Shown here one piece after another: positions 29,740 to 40,930 of a stretch of DNA of 64,000 nucleotides. The translations under genes were made by a program, and so were the position numbers. The stretch comes from an uncultured Candidatus Saccharibacteria bacterium. Its GTDB lineage: Bacteria > Patescibacteriota > Saccharimonadia > CAILAD01 > BJGX01. A model generated the notes under the pieces. That model did no database searches, was not told the DNA's origin, and worked only from the letters and a program-made list of their open reading frames with translations. Every line of letters starts with the position of its first letter. The first letter of the stretch is position 1. The stretch is from NCBI GenBank assembly GCA_964610335.1, contig CAZSVP010000001.1, positions 151,057 to 215,056 on the forward strand. The letters are read 5' to 3'.

Positions 29740-29907
29740 GATTTGCCCCTCTTTGGGTTGTCGATGATCGGAACTGCAGCAATACTATCATAATTGACCA
29801 GATAGCACCAGATAAGCGATAATAAGCCGCAGCGAGGGCGGCGCAGCATTGTGCTGCCCTCTTCGTTTCGTTGACAATTCTCTATATTTGGAAGAAAGGA
29901 AGCTACT

Positions 29908-32900
29908 ATGCTTCGTTACTACCGACGTATGCAAACATTCGAGCCAATGTACGGCCGGATGGCTCGCGCCGTGGCCGAGCTGATGGATCCAGAAACAAGC
30001 TTTAGTGCCGAATGGTGCTATCACCTCGAGGGGCGCGGTGAACTAAGTGAGCCTGAGGTAAGTCGACTTACCTACTTGCTCAGCGAGACGTTTGATCCCG
30101 AGGGCTTCAGCTCAGTAACTTGGCTAACCAACAGCTCAGGTGCGTTGGAGCTTGGCCCCCGGCCGAACTTCGAGACGGCGGCCAGCTCGACCAGTCTCAA
30201 CGTGCTTCGCAAGATCGGCATCGATGGTTTCACTCGCGTGGAGCGCAGTTGGCGGATCGGTTTGAGTGAGTTGCCAGAGCCACTTGGCTTGGCCATGTTG
30301 GCCGAAGAGCTGCACGATCGCATGACCGAGATGGTCTACGACGATCCACCACTCAGCTTCCAGCTCGATAGCAGGCCAGAGCCAACCTTTACCATTGCCA
30401 TGATGGAGCATGGCCTGGACGCTCTGTTGCGGTTCAACAGCCAACGCGAGCTGGGCTTCGACAGCGAAGACTGCGAATGGCTGATGTGGCTGTTTGTGGA
30501 TCACATGGGACGCAACCCCACCAACGTAGAGCTCAACATGCTGGCTCAGGCCATGAGTGACCATAGTCGGCACACCATCTGGCGAGCCATCTTGGTACGC
30601 GGTGGCGAGCAGCTCGATTACACCTTGTGGGAGCTGATCCAGCGACCACTACAACGCCATCGCGGTAACGTGTTGGTTGGCTTTGCCGACGACAGCTCAG
30701 CTATCGCTGGCTACGAAGTTGACGTATTGATGTGTGAGTCCCAAGCCGGACCAGCGCAGCTGTACGTTGCTCGTAGGGCACGAGCCATCATTTGCACTGG
30801 CGAGACCCACAACCACCCCAGCGGTGTAGAGCCCTACCAAGGCGCCTACACAGGTGGTACGGGCATGCTGCGTGATGTGTTCTCGATGGGACAAGGCAGC
30901 TTCTTGGGCACCGTCGGATCCGGCTATGCTGTCGGAAGGCTGGCCCTGCCTGGACTTGGCTGGACTCATGTACCCGGTCCGTGGATCGAGCAGACCAAGT
31001 TGCTGGTCGAGGCCAGCAATGGCCTCAGTGACGGCATGAACTGTCAGGGCGTACCAGTCACTGGGGGCTGGGTACAAAGTTACAGCCACACTGAGCCTTC
31101 GGGCCAACATGTGGGCTGGGAGTGCAAACCAATCGTGCATGCTCAGGGCACCGGCACCATCGACATGGACATGCTCCATGGCGAAAAGCCCCAACCCGGG
31201 CAGTGCATGGTGCTACTAGGTGGACCAAACTACCGCATCGGCATGGGAGGCGCCAGTGCTAGCAGTGTGCCTTCGGGTGAGAACACTGCCCAGGCCGACT
31301 TCGACTCGGTGCAGCGCGGTGATGCCGAGATGCAACAGCGCGTCTATCGAGTTGTGAAGGCGCTGGTCGAGGTAGGTATACGGCGTGGTAACAGTGTCAT
31401 CAAGCTGGTCCACGATCTGGGGGCTGGTGGTAACTGCAACGCCATCCCCGAGGCTGCCGAAGGCGCAGGAGCGCGGGTTTGGGCTGATCGGTTTGCGATT
31501 GCCGATCCGACGCTCAGCGACGAGGAGCTGTTTGCCAACGAGTCACAAGAACGTGAAGTAATTGTGATTGAATCGGCTGATTGGCCATTGGTGCAGCAAA
31601 TCGCCCAGCGCGAGAACTGTCCAGCTCAGAATGTAGGCGACATCACCGGCGACGGCAGGATCCAACTGGTGGGTCGAGACGGCGAGCTGGCAGTCGATAT
31701 GGTGCTCGACGACTTCTTGGGTCGCAAGATGCAGAAGCGGCGTGAGTTTGAGCCTTGGGTGCCTCAGTTGCGGCCATTGCAGCTACCCTATGTTGAGATC
31801 TCTGACATGCTGGAACGGGTGCTTCAACTACCGTCGGTGGCCTCGAAACGCTACCTCACCAGCAAGGCTGATCGCAGTGTCGGTGGCTTGGTGGCACAGC
31901 AGCAGTGTGTGGGGCCTTGGCAACTCACATTGGCCGACTTCAGCCTCGAAGCTCACGGCTTCTTTGGCGACACTGGCACAGCACGTGCCTTTGGCGAGGC
32001 CGCCATTGTGTGCTTGGTCGATCCCGAAGAGGCTGCACGCCTATCAGTGTGTGAAGCAGTGATGAACCTCATGGGTGTGCGCCTCAGCGACGTGCTGGAA
32101 GCGAGTTTGCAGGTCAACTGGATGTGGGCGGCGCGAGCTGACATGGATCGCTATCAGCGGGCCGTGAAGGCTCTCAGCGATTACTGTTGTGAGCTTGAAC
32201 TGCCCACCGAAGTCGGTCATGGCCTAGCGCCAGATGGTGGCAAGGACAGCAACAGCTTGCAGCGCACCATGGCCGATGGCAGTGTGGTGGTGGCGCCAGG
32301 ACAAGCGGTAACCACCGCCTATGGCCCGGTGCCAAACGTTGCCAAGAAGGTCACGCCCGACATCAAGGCCCGACAGCGGGGCTTTACCGGTTCCAAGATG
32401 GTCTGGGTGAGATTCAGCAACTGGAGTCCAGCACTCGGCGGATCGGCATTGGCACAGGCCTACGATCAGTTGGGCGACGAGGCTCCCAAAGCTGCCCCGC
32501 CCCAAGAGCTGCTCCGGCTTAAGCGTGTGATTGATGGCTGGATCGACCAAGGCTACATCTTGGCGCTCCACGACGTTGGTCAAGGAGGCCTCGTCACTGC
32601 GGTGGCGGAGATGGCGTCCGGCGGCGGCTGCGGCGTACTGCTCGACTTCCAGCTCAACGGCTATTCGGCGGAAGGGTTGTTGTTTGGCGAGTCACCAGGG
32701 CTGCTACTGGAAGTTCCAGATAGCAAGCTGTATACGTTCTTGACGAGCTTGCGAGAGCAAGGACTATTGGCAGATGCAATTGGTCGCACACATCCTGACT
32801 GGCATACCAACAAAGGGCTGCAAATCAAGTGTGATGGCCGCGTTGTACTCCAACAGCCGCTTGTGCGGTTGCTGGAGTGGTGGGAGCAGACCAGCTATGT

Positions 32901-33813
32901 GATCGATCGCGTGCAGTCCAATCCTTTCACGGCCGACCGTGAGTACACCAACTTCAGCCTCGATCACTTGCCGCGTTGGCAACTTACCTATCAACCACGG
33001 GCTACCAGCCCAGGTGCGCTGCTCAGCCCGGCCAAGCCGAAGCTCGGCGTGATCCGTGAAGAAGGCAGCAATGGTGACGAAGAGCTCAAGGCAGCCTGGA
33101 TGCTGGCCGGCTTCGAGGTGAACGACATCACGATGACCGATTTGGTAGAAGGCCGGGCGACCCTCCAGGGCCTAGCTGGCATCTCGCTACCAGGTGGTTT
33201 CAGCTACGGCGACGTGCACGATGCTGGCAAGGATTGGGCTTCGGTGATACGTTCCAACGCTCGAGTAGCCGACGAATTTGCGACCTATCGCGAGCGAGCT
33301 GACAACTTCATCTTTGGGCCCTGCAATGCCTGTCAATTGATGGCTTTGTTGGGCTGGCTCGACCCGCCCGGCACACCAGAGCACGAGTATACAAGGTTCG
33401 TGCACAACAGGTCGGCTCGTTTCGAGTCACGGTTTGTGACGGTTCATGTGCCTCAGAGTGCCTCCGTGTTGCTTAGTGGTATGTCTGGTTCGCGCCTCGG
33501 TGTGTGGCTATCCAGTGGCGAGGGTCAGTACCGGCCTGGTGCCGGTGGTGCACCGGCTCTTCAGTACGTGAATCCCTATGGTGATCTGCTGGCTGAGCCG
33601 GGCGACTATCCGCACAACCCCAACGGTAGCGCGGATAGCGTGGCTGGAGTGTGCGGTCGTAATGGTCAGGATCTGGCCATGATGCCCCACCCGGAGCGTA
33701 CGCCCTATCGGCTCGAGCAGTTCCCCTGGCTTCCCAGCGAGTACCGGGATCTGCCGGTCAGCCCCTGGGCGCGGCTGTTCCAGAACGGTTACGACTTCGT
33801 TCGTAACAGCTGA
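29908..33813 (+). CDS. purL: Phosphoribosylformylglycinamidine synthase, large single-chain type (lgPurL, 1301 aa) (high-GC island 1)
   Basis: PurM-like synthetase repeats plus C-terminal class-I glutaminase domain (GPCNACQ catalytic Cys, HPER). The length is typical of the proteobacterial/eukaryotic single-chain enzyme. Confidence 0.9.
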   Translation: MLRYYRRMQTFEPMYGRMARAVAELMDPETSFSAEWCYHLEGRGELSEPEVSRLTYLLSETFDPEGFSSVTWLTNSSGALELGPRPNFETAASSTSLNVLRKIGIDGFTRVERSWRIGLSELPEPLGLAMLAEELHDRMTEMVYDDPPLSFQLDSRPEPTFTIAMMEHGLDALLRFNSQRELGFDSEDCEWLMWLFVDHMGRNPTNVELNMLAQAMSDHSRHTIWRAILVRGGEQLDYTLWELIQRPLQRHRGNVLVGFADDSSAIAGYEVDVLMCESQAGPAQLYVARRARAIICTGETHNHPSGVEPYQGAYTGGTGMLRDVFSMGQGSFLGTVGSGYAVGRLALPGLGWTHVPGPWIEQTKLLVEASNGLSDGMNCQGVPVTGGWVQSYSHTEPSGQHVGWECKPIVHAQGTGTIDMDMLHGEKPQPGQCMVLLGGPNYRIGMGGASASSVPSGENTAQADFDSVQRGDAEMQQRVYRVVKALVEVGIRRGNSVIKLVHDLGAGGNCNAIPEAAEGAGARVWADRFAIADPTLSDEELFANESQEREVIVIESADWPLVQQIAQRENCPAQNVGDITGDGRIQLVGRDGELAVDMVLDDFLGRKMQKRREFEPWVPQLRPLQLPYVEISDMLERVLQLPSVASKRYLTSKADRSVGGLVAQQQCVGPWQLTLADFSLEAHGFFGDTGTARAFGEAAIVCLVDPEEAARLSVCEAVMNLMGVRLSDVLEASLQVNWMWAARADMDRYQRAVKALSDYCCELELPTEVGHGLAPDGGKDSNSLQRTMADGSVVVAPGQAVTTAYGPVPNVAKKVTPDIKARQRGFTGSKMVWVRFSNWSPALGGSALAQAYDQLGDEAPKAAPPQELLRLKRVIDGWIDQGYILALHDVGQGGLVTAVAEMASGGGCGVLLDFQLNGYSAEGLLFGESPGLLLEVPDSKLYTFLTSLREQGLLADAIGRTHPDWHTNKGLQIKCDGRVVLQQPLVRLLEWWEQTSYVIDRVQSNPFTADREYTNFSLDHLPRWQLTYQPRATSPGALLSPAKPKLGVIREEGSNGDEELKAAWMLAGFEVNDITMTDLVEGRATLQGLAGISLPGGFSYGDVHDAGKDWASVIRSNARVADEFATYRERADNFIFGPCNACQLMALLGWLDPPGTPEHEYTRFVHNRSARFESRFVTVHVPQSASVLLSGMSGSRLGVWLSSGEGQYRPGAGGAPALQYVNPYGDLLAEPGDYPHNPNGSADSVAGVCGRNGQDLAMMPHPERTPYRLEQFPWLPSEYRDLPVSPWARLFQNGYDFVRNS

Positions 33814-33834
33814 TGTAGAGAAAATAAGTCAACG

Positions 33835-33872
33835 AAGAGGCCCCTTAATTGCGAGGGGCCTCTTCCTATTTT
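33835..33872 (+). terminator. Rho-independent terminator after purL (perfect 12-bp stem GAAGAGGCCCCT/AGGGGCCTCTTC followed by a T-tract)
   Basis: Seen directly; it also marks the right edge of GC island 1. Confidence 0.7.
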
Positions 33873-33884
33873 ATAAAGGCTAAA

Positions 33885-34655
33885 CTATCTCTCACGTATC
33901 TTGAGGCCAATAACAATTAGTATAACTGCGATCGAAAGAGTCGCCGAAGTAATGATGCCTGCATCTGGAGTGCTACTGTCACCTATGCGTTTGGCGATAA
34001 TACCAACATAGGCCCAAGCTATAACCAGGCTGTAGGCATAATCGGCATTGCGCATAATCATACTCACTGCGAGGATCAAGCCAACTACTATTACCGCGAT
34101 GGCCCAGAACTGAGGGCTAAGGTTGAGTGCTGTCCAATGTATTTCGGTAAGCCAAGCTGCGACATTGGCGATGGTAGCTACACTGATCCACCCGAGATAA
34201 ACACTAATTGGTAGTAGTACTAGCCAATTAGTAGCCTTAGAGTAGTTGGGTTTGCCAACGCGTAGGTTTACGTACATTGCAATCAGCGAGATAAGTAAAC
34301 CAGCCATAAGCACTAGCGCCAAACCTGGTCGGAGATTGTGCCAGGCTACTATCCAAACAGCGTTACAGATCGAGCTTATAATAAACCACGGACCGATCTT
34401 GTCTATCACTTCGGTTTCGCGCGATTTCTTACCAAAGGCTAGCTTGAGCTGATAGGCTGCAAACAGTATTAGCAGCAAATAGATGAGTCCCCAGATAGCA
34501 AAGGTAAAGTTGGCAGGTACAAATAAATTATTGAACTTATCTGATACCGCAGCGGTAGATATGCCATTGAGTGGCAGATAGACTGCCATGCCATTCAGCG
34601 TCAAGGCCAATATAAGACTAAGTGTATTGAGGACAGCTAACCAACGTGTTTTCAT
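33885..34655 (-). CDS. TspO/MBR-like tryptophan-rich polytopic membrane protein
   Basis: Five TM helices with W-rich motifs (FAIWGLIYLL, YLGWISVATIAN). Start set at the internal MKTRW. Confidence 0.5.
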   Translation of the reverse strand: MKTRWLAVLNTLSLILALTLNGMAVYLPLNGISTAAVSDKFNNLFVPANFTFAIWGLIYLLLILFAAYQLKLAFGKKSRETEVIDKIGPWFIISSICNAVWIVAWHNLRPGLALVLMAGLLISLIAMYVNLRVGKPNYSKATNWLVLLPISVYLGWISVATIANVAAWLTEIHWTALNLSPQFWAIAVIVVGLILAVSMIMRNADYAYSLVIAWAYVGIIAKRIGDSSTPDAGIITSATLSIAVILIVIGLKIRER

Positions 34656-34766
34656 AACATAAGCATTATAGCATTTTTTTGAAATCAAAAAAATCTCGTT
34701 GTGGTTATTGAATGATATCTTGGGATGACATACATAGGAGTCTTGAGATATAATACTGATCTGATT

Positions 34767-35018
<252 letters not shown>

Positions 35019-35021
35019 TAA

Positions 35022-36035
35022 TTATTTCAGCTTCTTCTTAAGTTCTTCGATCAAGCTAACTTCGAGCGGCTCTACACCATTTAATTCGGCGAGGTACACG
35101 CTGATGTAGTCACCAAGCATGACTGTGTAGAGTAATTGTTCGAGCGGGGTCTGTCCGACAGCCCCAACATTGATGGGATGATAATCGAAGCGGTCTAGCA
35201 GCTGTTCAGTCAGCTGCATGCGGTGGTACATCTTCTCCCCATCGAAGCTACTACGCAGCACAATCGGCTGGATGTTCTTATCTTGCGGGAACTGCCAGCC
35301 CTGAAACTCATTGTGATTGAGCTCTGGGAAGGTATTGTAGAAGGCGGCTTGTTTGGCATTTTCGTTAATACTGATCTTCCAGTAGTAGGCAGCTGATCCT
35401 AGACCTGGGCCAGCGTAAATGAGTGGTACCTTGCCTTCCAATTGCTTGGCTATATCCCGAGCTCGGTTACTCGAAACGGCATCGGCATTGAGGGCGGCTT
35501 TTTGGACATCCAGAAAGTTGCTAGCATCGAGTAGCTCTCTGCGCACATCAACAGCTTCCACCAATCGTAGGTCGGCTACAAGACAGGCCAAGGCCTTGAG
35601 ACCAGCGAATACCGCCAGGCGTGGTGGTAATCCTTTGGGTAGCTCAAGCGTCCAGCGTTCTTGACGCTTGGCTTCCTCGAGGAGTTTGCCGCCACTAGTG
35701 ATTACGGCTATTTGGCAATTCATCTTCTGGGCATACCAGTAAGCACTTAGTACTTCCTCAGTGTTGCCGCTGTAACTACTACAAACTACCAAGGTGTTTT
35801 TGCTAATATGCCCAGGCAACTGATAACCACGGCTGATTTCAAATGGTACTAGCAGCCGCTCAAATACCCAGTTTTTAAATAGATTGCCAGCTAAGGCACT
35901 CCCGCCCATGCCAGCAAATACAATTCCGTTAAGCCCCTGGTTATCTTGCCTTGTTATATCGTCACTCATACTGTCAGCATAGTTGTCACGTAGCTGCTCT
36001 GGCTGAGAGTCGATGAGATTTAGAACTGGATTCAT
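35022..36035 (-). CDS. Bifunctional phosphoglucose/phosphomannose isomerase (SIS-domain family)
   Basis: 337 aa, SIS-fold motifs (GMGGSALAG...VCSSYSGNTEE). Confidence 0.65.
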   Translation of the reverse strand: MNPVLNLIDSQPEQLRDNYADSMSDDITRQDNQGLNGIVFAGMGGSALAGNLFKNWVFERLLVPFEISRGYQLPGHISKNTLVVCSSYSGNTEEVLSAYWYAQKMNCQIAVITSGGKLLEEAKRQERWTLELPKGLPPRLAVFAGLKALACLVADLRLVEAVDVRRELLDASNFLDVQKAALNADAVSSNRARDIAKQLEGKVPLIYAGPGLGSAAYYWKISINENAKQAAFYNTFPELNHNEFQGWQFPQDKNIQPIVLRSSFDGEKMYHRMQLTEQLLDRFDYHPINVGAVGQTPLEQLLYTVMLGDYISVYLAELNGVEPLEVSLIEELKKKLK

Positions 36036-36829
36036 AATGCTAACTCCTTCTTCAATTTATTGTAATCTATGTCTTCATACAAAACATCACGAGCGGACTT
36101 GGTTTCGATGATTGACATCAGCTCTTTGGTTTGTTCAAACATTTGGGTTGCTTTAGTTTTGTTACCTAGGCCGATGTAGGCGTGAGCCATTAAGCCATAT
36201 ATTTGGATGAGCCGCCTGGTCTGATTATCGATCTCATTTGAATCGTTGATCAGCTGCTCAGCACGCAGCAAATAATCGAGCATGTTCTGGTAGTGCTGGT
36301 GTTTAAATTCCAACCCTGCCAATGGCAGCAAAGTAGTCACTATGTATGACCAATGACTGGTTGGTTCTAAAGTGTCTAACCCATGCTTGAGCCACTGCTC
36401 AGCTTGTTTAGTATCATCTTGAAGTAGATAGTTTTGACCAATTTTGGTTTCGGTGATGCCAAGCTCAGCAGTAGCGTCGGTGGCTTGGAGTACCTCGACA
36501 CTCTTTTGCAGATAGGGTAGGCCATCACTATAGCGCTTTTGGTAGTCATACATTATGCCTATGTCGCGATAAATTCTACCTATTCCCACTTTGTCATTGC
36601 GCTGGCTGGCAATTTCGAGGGCGTGTTTAAAACATGGCATAGCATGCTCAATGTCATTTTCAATCTTGTAGCTGACGCCGGCCATATGCCAGGCTTCTTG
36701 AACTAAATGCTGACTATTGGAGTCGCTGACAACTAACTTGGCAGCTTGCACATATTTGATGGCAGCTTGTTTTCCTTGGCCTTGGGTGCGAAGGGTTTCA
36801 GCTTGATCAAACAATTGTTGAGCGTCCAT
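36032..36829 (-). CDS. TPR-repeat protein
   Basis: Repeated 34-aa A/Y/L-pattern helices. Confidence 0.55.
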   Translation of the reverse strand: MDAQQLFDQAETLRTQGQGKQAAIKYVQAAKLVVSDSNSQHLVQEAWHMAGVSYKIENDIEHAMPCFKHALEIASQRNDKVGIGRIYRDIGIMYDYQKRYSDGLPYLQKSVEVLQATDATAELGITETKIGQNYLLQDDTKQAEQWLKHGLDTLEPTSHWSYIVTTLLPLAGLEFKHQHYQNMLDYLLRAEQLINDSNEIDNQTRRLIQIYGLMAHAYIGLGNKTKATQMFEQTKELMSIIETKSARDVLYEDIDYNKLKKELAL

Positions 36830-36910
36830 GTGTACAATTATATCTCATAAACGAACTCAGGCGAGGCCCCGAAGGGCCCCGCCTGTTTAGTTCGACAACT
36901 TGTGTCATGC

Positions 36911-37219
36911 TCACACCAGGTTTGTTCGCCCCCGCGCCTGGTAGAACTGCAGGGACAGCAGCGTGAGTCGAGCGTGATCCTCGGCCGTGGCGCTGTGAAG
37001 GTCGTCGCGCAGCCGCTCCAGCATGGACATGTCCTCTGAAGAGAAGATGTGCATGGCGAGCTTGCTGTCGTCGGCGCCGTCGAAGATGTCGGCCACTGCA
37101 TCACTGATCTGCGCCAGTTCATCAGCCGCGATCACACGGCTCGATCCTGATGATGGGTTGTCCTGGCCGTCTACCAGTCGCAGGCTGCGGCTGGGGTGAC
37201 GGTGGTTTCTTCTGGTCAT
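36911..37219 (-). CDS. Hypothetical protein (high-GC island 2)
   Basis: ORF with G/C-rich third positions; overlaps the upstream gene (operon). Confidence 0.4.
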   Translation of the reverse strand: MTRRNHRHPSRSLRLVDGQDNPSSGSSRVIAADELAQISDAVADIFDGADDSKLAMHIFSSEDMSMLERLRDDLHSATAEDHARLTLLSLQFYQARGRTNLV

Positions 37220-37728
37220 GCTTGATCCCCTTTGGGTTGGCTTCTACAGAGTTGCAGAAGGTATTGGATCTCGATGTCGCTCAGCTGCATCACGAACTTG
37301 CGCGGATCCCCTGACATTTCAGGGTATTCTTGACCAACTACTGATCGAAGATCGGGCTGGCGTTGCAACTCAGCGAGATTCCTCATCGCCTCCAGCATGC
37401 CGACTCGCAGCATGGTGGTGCTATAACCACTCAGGTTGGGCTCAGCAGGGTTGTGGCCGTAGTTCTGAGTACGATACCAGCGCCAGAGCGGATGGCTGCG
37501 TATGGCCTGTTCCAGCTCGATTCGGCTCATGTCAGCAGGTGATTTGCCATACCAGCTAGGTCTGGGTGGTCGCTTGGGGCGGGGTGGTGGTGGAACAGAC
37601 TTTGTCTGCCCTACCGGTATGCTAACCTTACGGTTGGCAACAGGGCTAGCCACTACTCTGGGCCGTCGTTTGGGCTGCTTTGGCACGATCTCACCTCCTT
37701 TGGTGAAAACAGGTTGTCGAAAGGGCAT
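37216..37728 (-). CDS. Hypothetical protein with a Pro/Arg-rich N-terminus (high-GC island 2)
   Basis: 170 aa ORF in a consistent frame; stop/start overlap with the downstream gene. Confidence 0.45.
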   Translation of the reverse strand: MPFRQPVFTKGGEIVPKQPKRRPRVVASPVANRKVSIPVGQTKSVPPPPRPKRPPRPSWYGKSPADMSRIELEQAIRSHPLWRWYRTQNYGHNPAEPNLSGYSTTMLRVGMLEAMRNLAELQRQPDLRSVVGQEYPEMSGDPRKFVMQLSDIEIQYLLQLCRSQPKGDQA

Positions 37729-37849
37729 CCGAAGGTCGGATATGGGGCTAGATTATACAATAAATATTAACTCTTTACAAGTATTACAGATATGAAAAGA
37801 GCCCCACCGTAGTGAGACTCTTCTCATCACAGTGGGGCTTTACCCCTGT

Positions 37850-38662
37850 TCAGGCCGGGTCGAACTCGTCGAGCAAGGCCTCGAGCATCGATGCGGTGCG
37901 GGTCAGCTCGGAGGTGCTGAGCCGATCTGCATCGCTCAGCTTGGTCTGGGCAGCCTTCTCGACCGAGTCGAAGTGCTGTCCCATGCCGTTGAGCCCCTCC
38001 TTGAGGCTGGTGAGCCTGGAAAGCTGGTTCTCCAGGGACGACTTGGCATCGCAGTGGGCCTGCTCGGCTGCGGCCTGCTCGGCAGCTGCGCGCTCAGCGG
38101 CTTGGTGCTCACGGTACCTGGCCACGATGGGCTTGGCGGTGGCAAGCACGAGGCTGAGCCGCTCGACTGCTTGGTTGCTGAACTCGGCCTGGGCAGCCTC
38201 CTCGAGCTCCTGGCGGATGATCTCGGGCAGCCTCAGTCCGTCGATGGCGAGCACGCCTCGAGCGTGCTCGCAGCTCTTGTCGTACTGCTGCATCGCTGCA
38301 GCCAGCAGCTGGTCGCGCTTGGCCTGTTCGGCTGCCTCGGCCGCTGCTTGCAGCTCGGCCTGATAGGCGTCCTCGCGGTCGAGCTCGGTCTTGTCCTCGG
38401 CACGGTAGATGCGCCCGATCAGATCGATCAGCTCGTCGCGGTCCAGATCGTCGCGCTTCACCTGGTCCCAGATGCCCTGGCGCAGGTTCTGCTTGTGCCA
38501 CTGCGAGTTGAGCACTCGCTTGCGCAAGTCCTCGAGCTCCTCGTCGGTGAGGTCTACGGCCCACACACCGACCTCGGTGATGCGGACGAAGATGAGCTCG
38601 GTCGGCTCGGCGTTGCGTCGCTTTGACTTTGACATAACTATACCTCCCCCGGGGGTAGTCAC
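37850..38662 (-). CDS. Hypothetical coiled-coil (A/E/Q-rich) protein (high-GC island 2)
   Basis: 270 aa. Of the many overlapping ORFs in this GC-rich stretch, this is the longest with coherent codon bias. Confidence 0.45.
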   Translation of the reverse strand: MTTPGGGIVMSKSKRRNAEPTELIFVRITEVGVWAVDLTDEELEDLRKRVLNSQWHKQNLRQGIWDQVKRDDLDRDELIDLIGRIYRAEDKTELDREDAYQAELQAAAEAAEQAKRDQLLAAAMQQYDKSCEHARGVLAIDGLRLPEIIRQELEEAAQAEFSNQAVERLSLVLATAKPIVARYREHQAAERAAAEQAAAEQAHCDAKSSLENQLSRLTSLKEGLNGMGQHFDSVEKAAQTKLSDADRLSTSELTRTASMLEALLDEFDPA

Positions 38663-38672
38663 TAAGTTGATA

Positions 38673-38718
38673 AATCCCGGGCTACAACTAGGTTTCTGGC
38701 TAGCTGTAGTCCGGGATT
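38673..38718. promoter_or_regulatory. 19-bp imperfect inverted repeat (aatcccgggctacaactag / ctagctgtagtccgggatt) upstream of the island-2 operon; candidate operator
   Basis: Seen directly, 17/19 complementary with an 8-nt spacer. Confidence 0.35.
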
Positions 38719-38795
38719 ATCTGATCAATGAGCTTCTTCAAAAGAAGATTGTGTAGCATATTACAACAAATCAGCAGAATTGTCAATACACAGCA

Positions 38796-38819
38796 GAAGA
38801 GACCCTCATGGGCCTCTTC
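38796..38819 (-). terminator. groEL terminator hairpin (GAAGAGACCC-TCAT-GGGCCTCTTC)
   Basis: Hairpin 30 nt downstream of the groEL stop on the minus strand. Confidence 0.55.
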
Positions 38820-38848
38820 GTTAATGTTTACACTGTGCAAAGCACAAT

Positions 38849-40498
<1,650 letters not shown>

Positions 40499-40501
40499 CT
40501 A

Positions 40502-40768
40502 TTATTTCTTCTTAATAATCGCGAGCACGTCTTCTTCTTTGGCGATCATAAGTTCGGTGCCGTCGACTTTTACTTCGTTGGGGCCGTATTTGCCGTATAG
40601 TACGCGGTCGCCAACTTTTACTTCTTTTACTTCTGGCCCAACAGCCAGTACCTTGCCTTCGGAAGGCTTTTCTTGAGCACTGTCTGGCAAAATTATGCCG
40701 GAGGCAGTCTTCTCTTCGCTGTCGAGCTGTTCGAGCACAATTCGATCAGCCAGGGGTTGTAAGTTCAT
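40502..40768 (-). CDS. groS: Co-chaperonin GroES
   Basis: 88 aa, ...[22 protein letters not shown]... Confidence 0.93.
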   Translation of the reverse strand: MNLQPLADRIVLEQLDSEEKTASGIILPDSAQEKPSEGKVLAVGPEVKEVKVGDRVLYGKYGPNEVKVDGTELMIAKEEDVLAIIKKK

Positions 40769-40864
40769 AAATCACTCCTTTTTGGTTATGCCATCCCGGA
40801 CTCTATCCGGGATCTGTTAGCAAAAATCCTGAAATGGAAATCAGGATGACATAGTGGTTAAGCA

Positions 40865-40891
40865 TTAGCACTCTCACACTGCGAGTGCTAA
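40865..40891. promoter_or_regulatory. CIRCE element (HrcA operator) upstream of groES: TTAGCACTC-N9-GAGTGCTAA
   Basis: Perfect match to the CIRCE consensus, ~100 nt upstream of the groES start. Confidence 0.9.
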
Positions 40892-40930
40892 TTTATTGTA
40901 ATGACTCTCACCTTCTGCTGTCAAGAGTAA

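Noticed and set aside
36838-37122. 94-aa minus-strand ORF overlapping the 36911..37219 gene in another frame
   Set aside because: Cys/Thr/Ser/Arg-rich nonsense-like translation typical of an off-frame in GC-rich DNA.
37812-38626. Plus-strand ORFs 37812..38363 and 37832..38626 and minus-strand 38109..38564 in GC island 2
   Set aside because: Overlapping alternative frames of the same GC-rich stretch. The minus-strand 270-aa frame was kept on codon bias and operon context. The others look like compositional artefacts.
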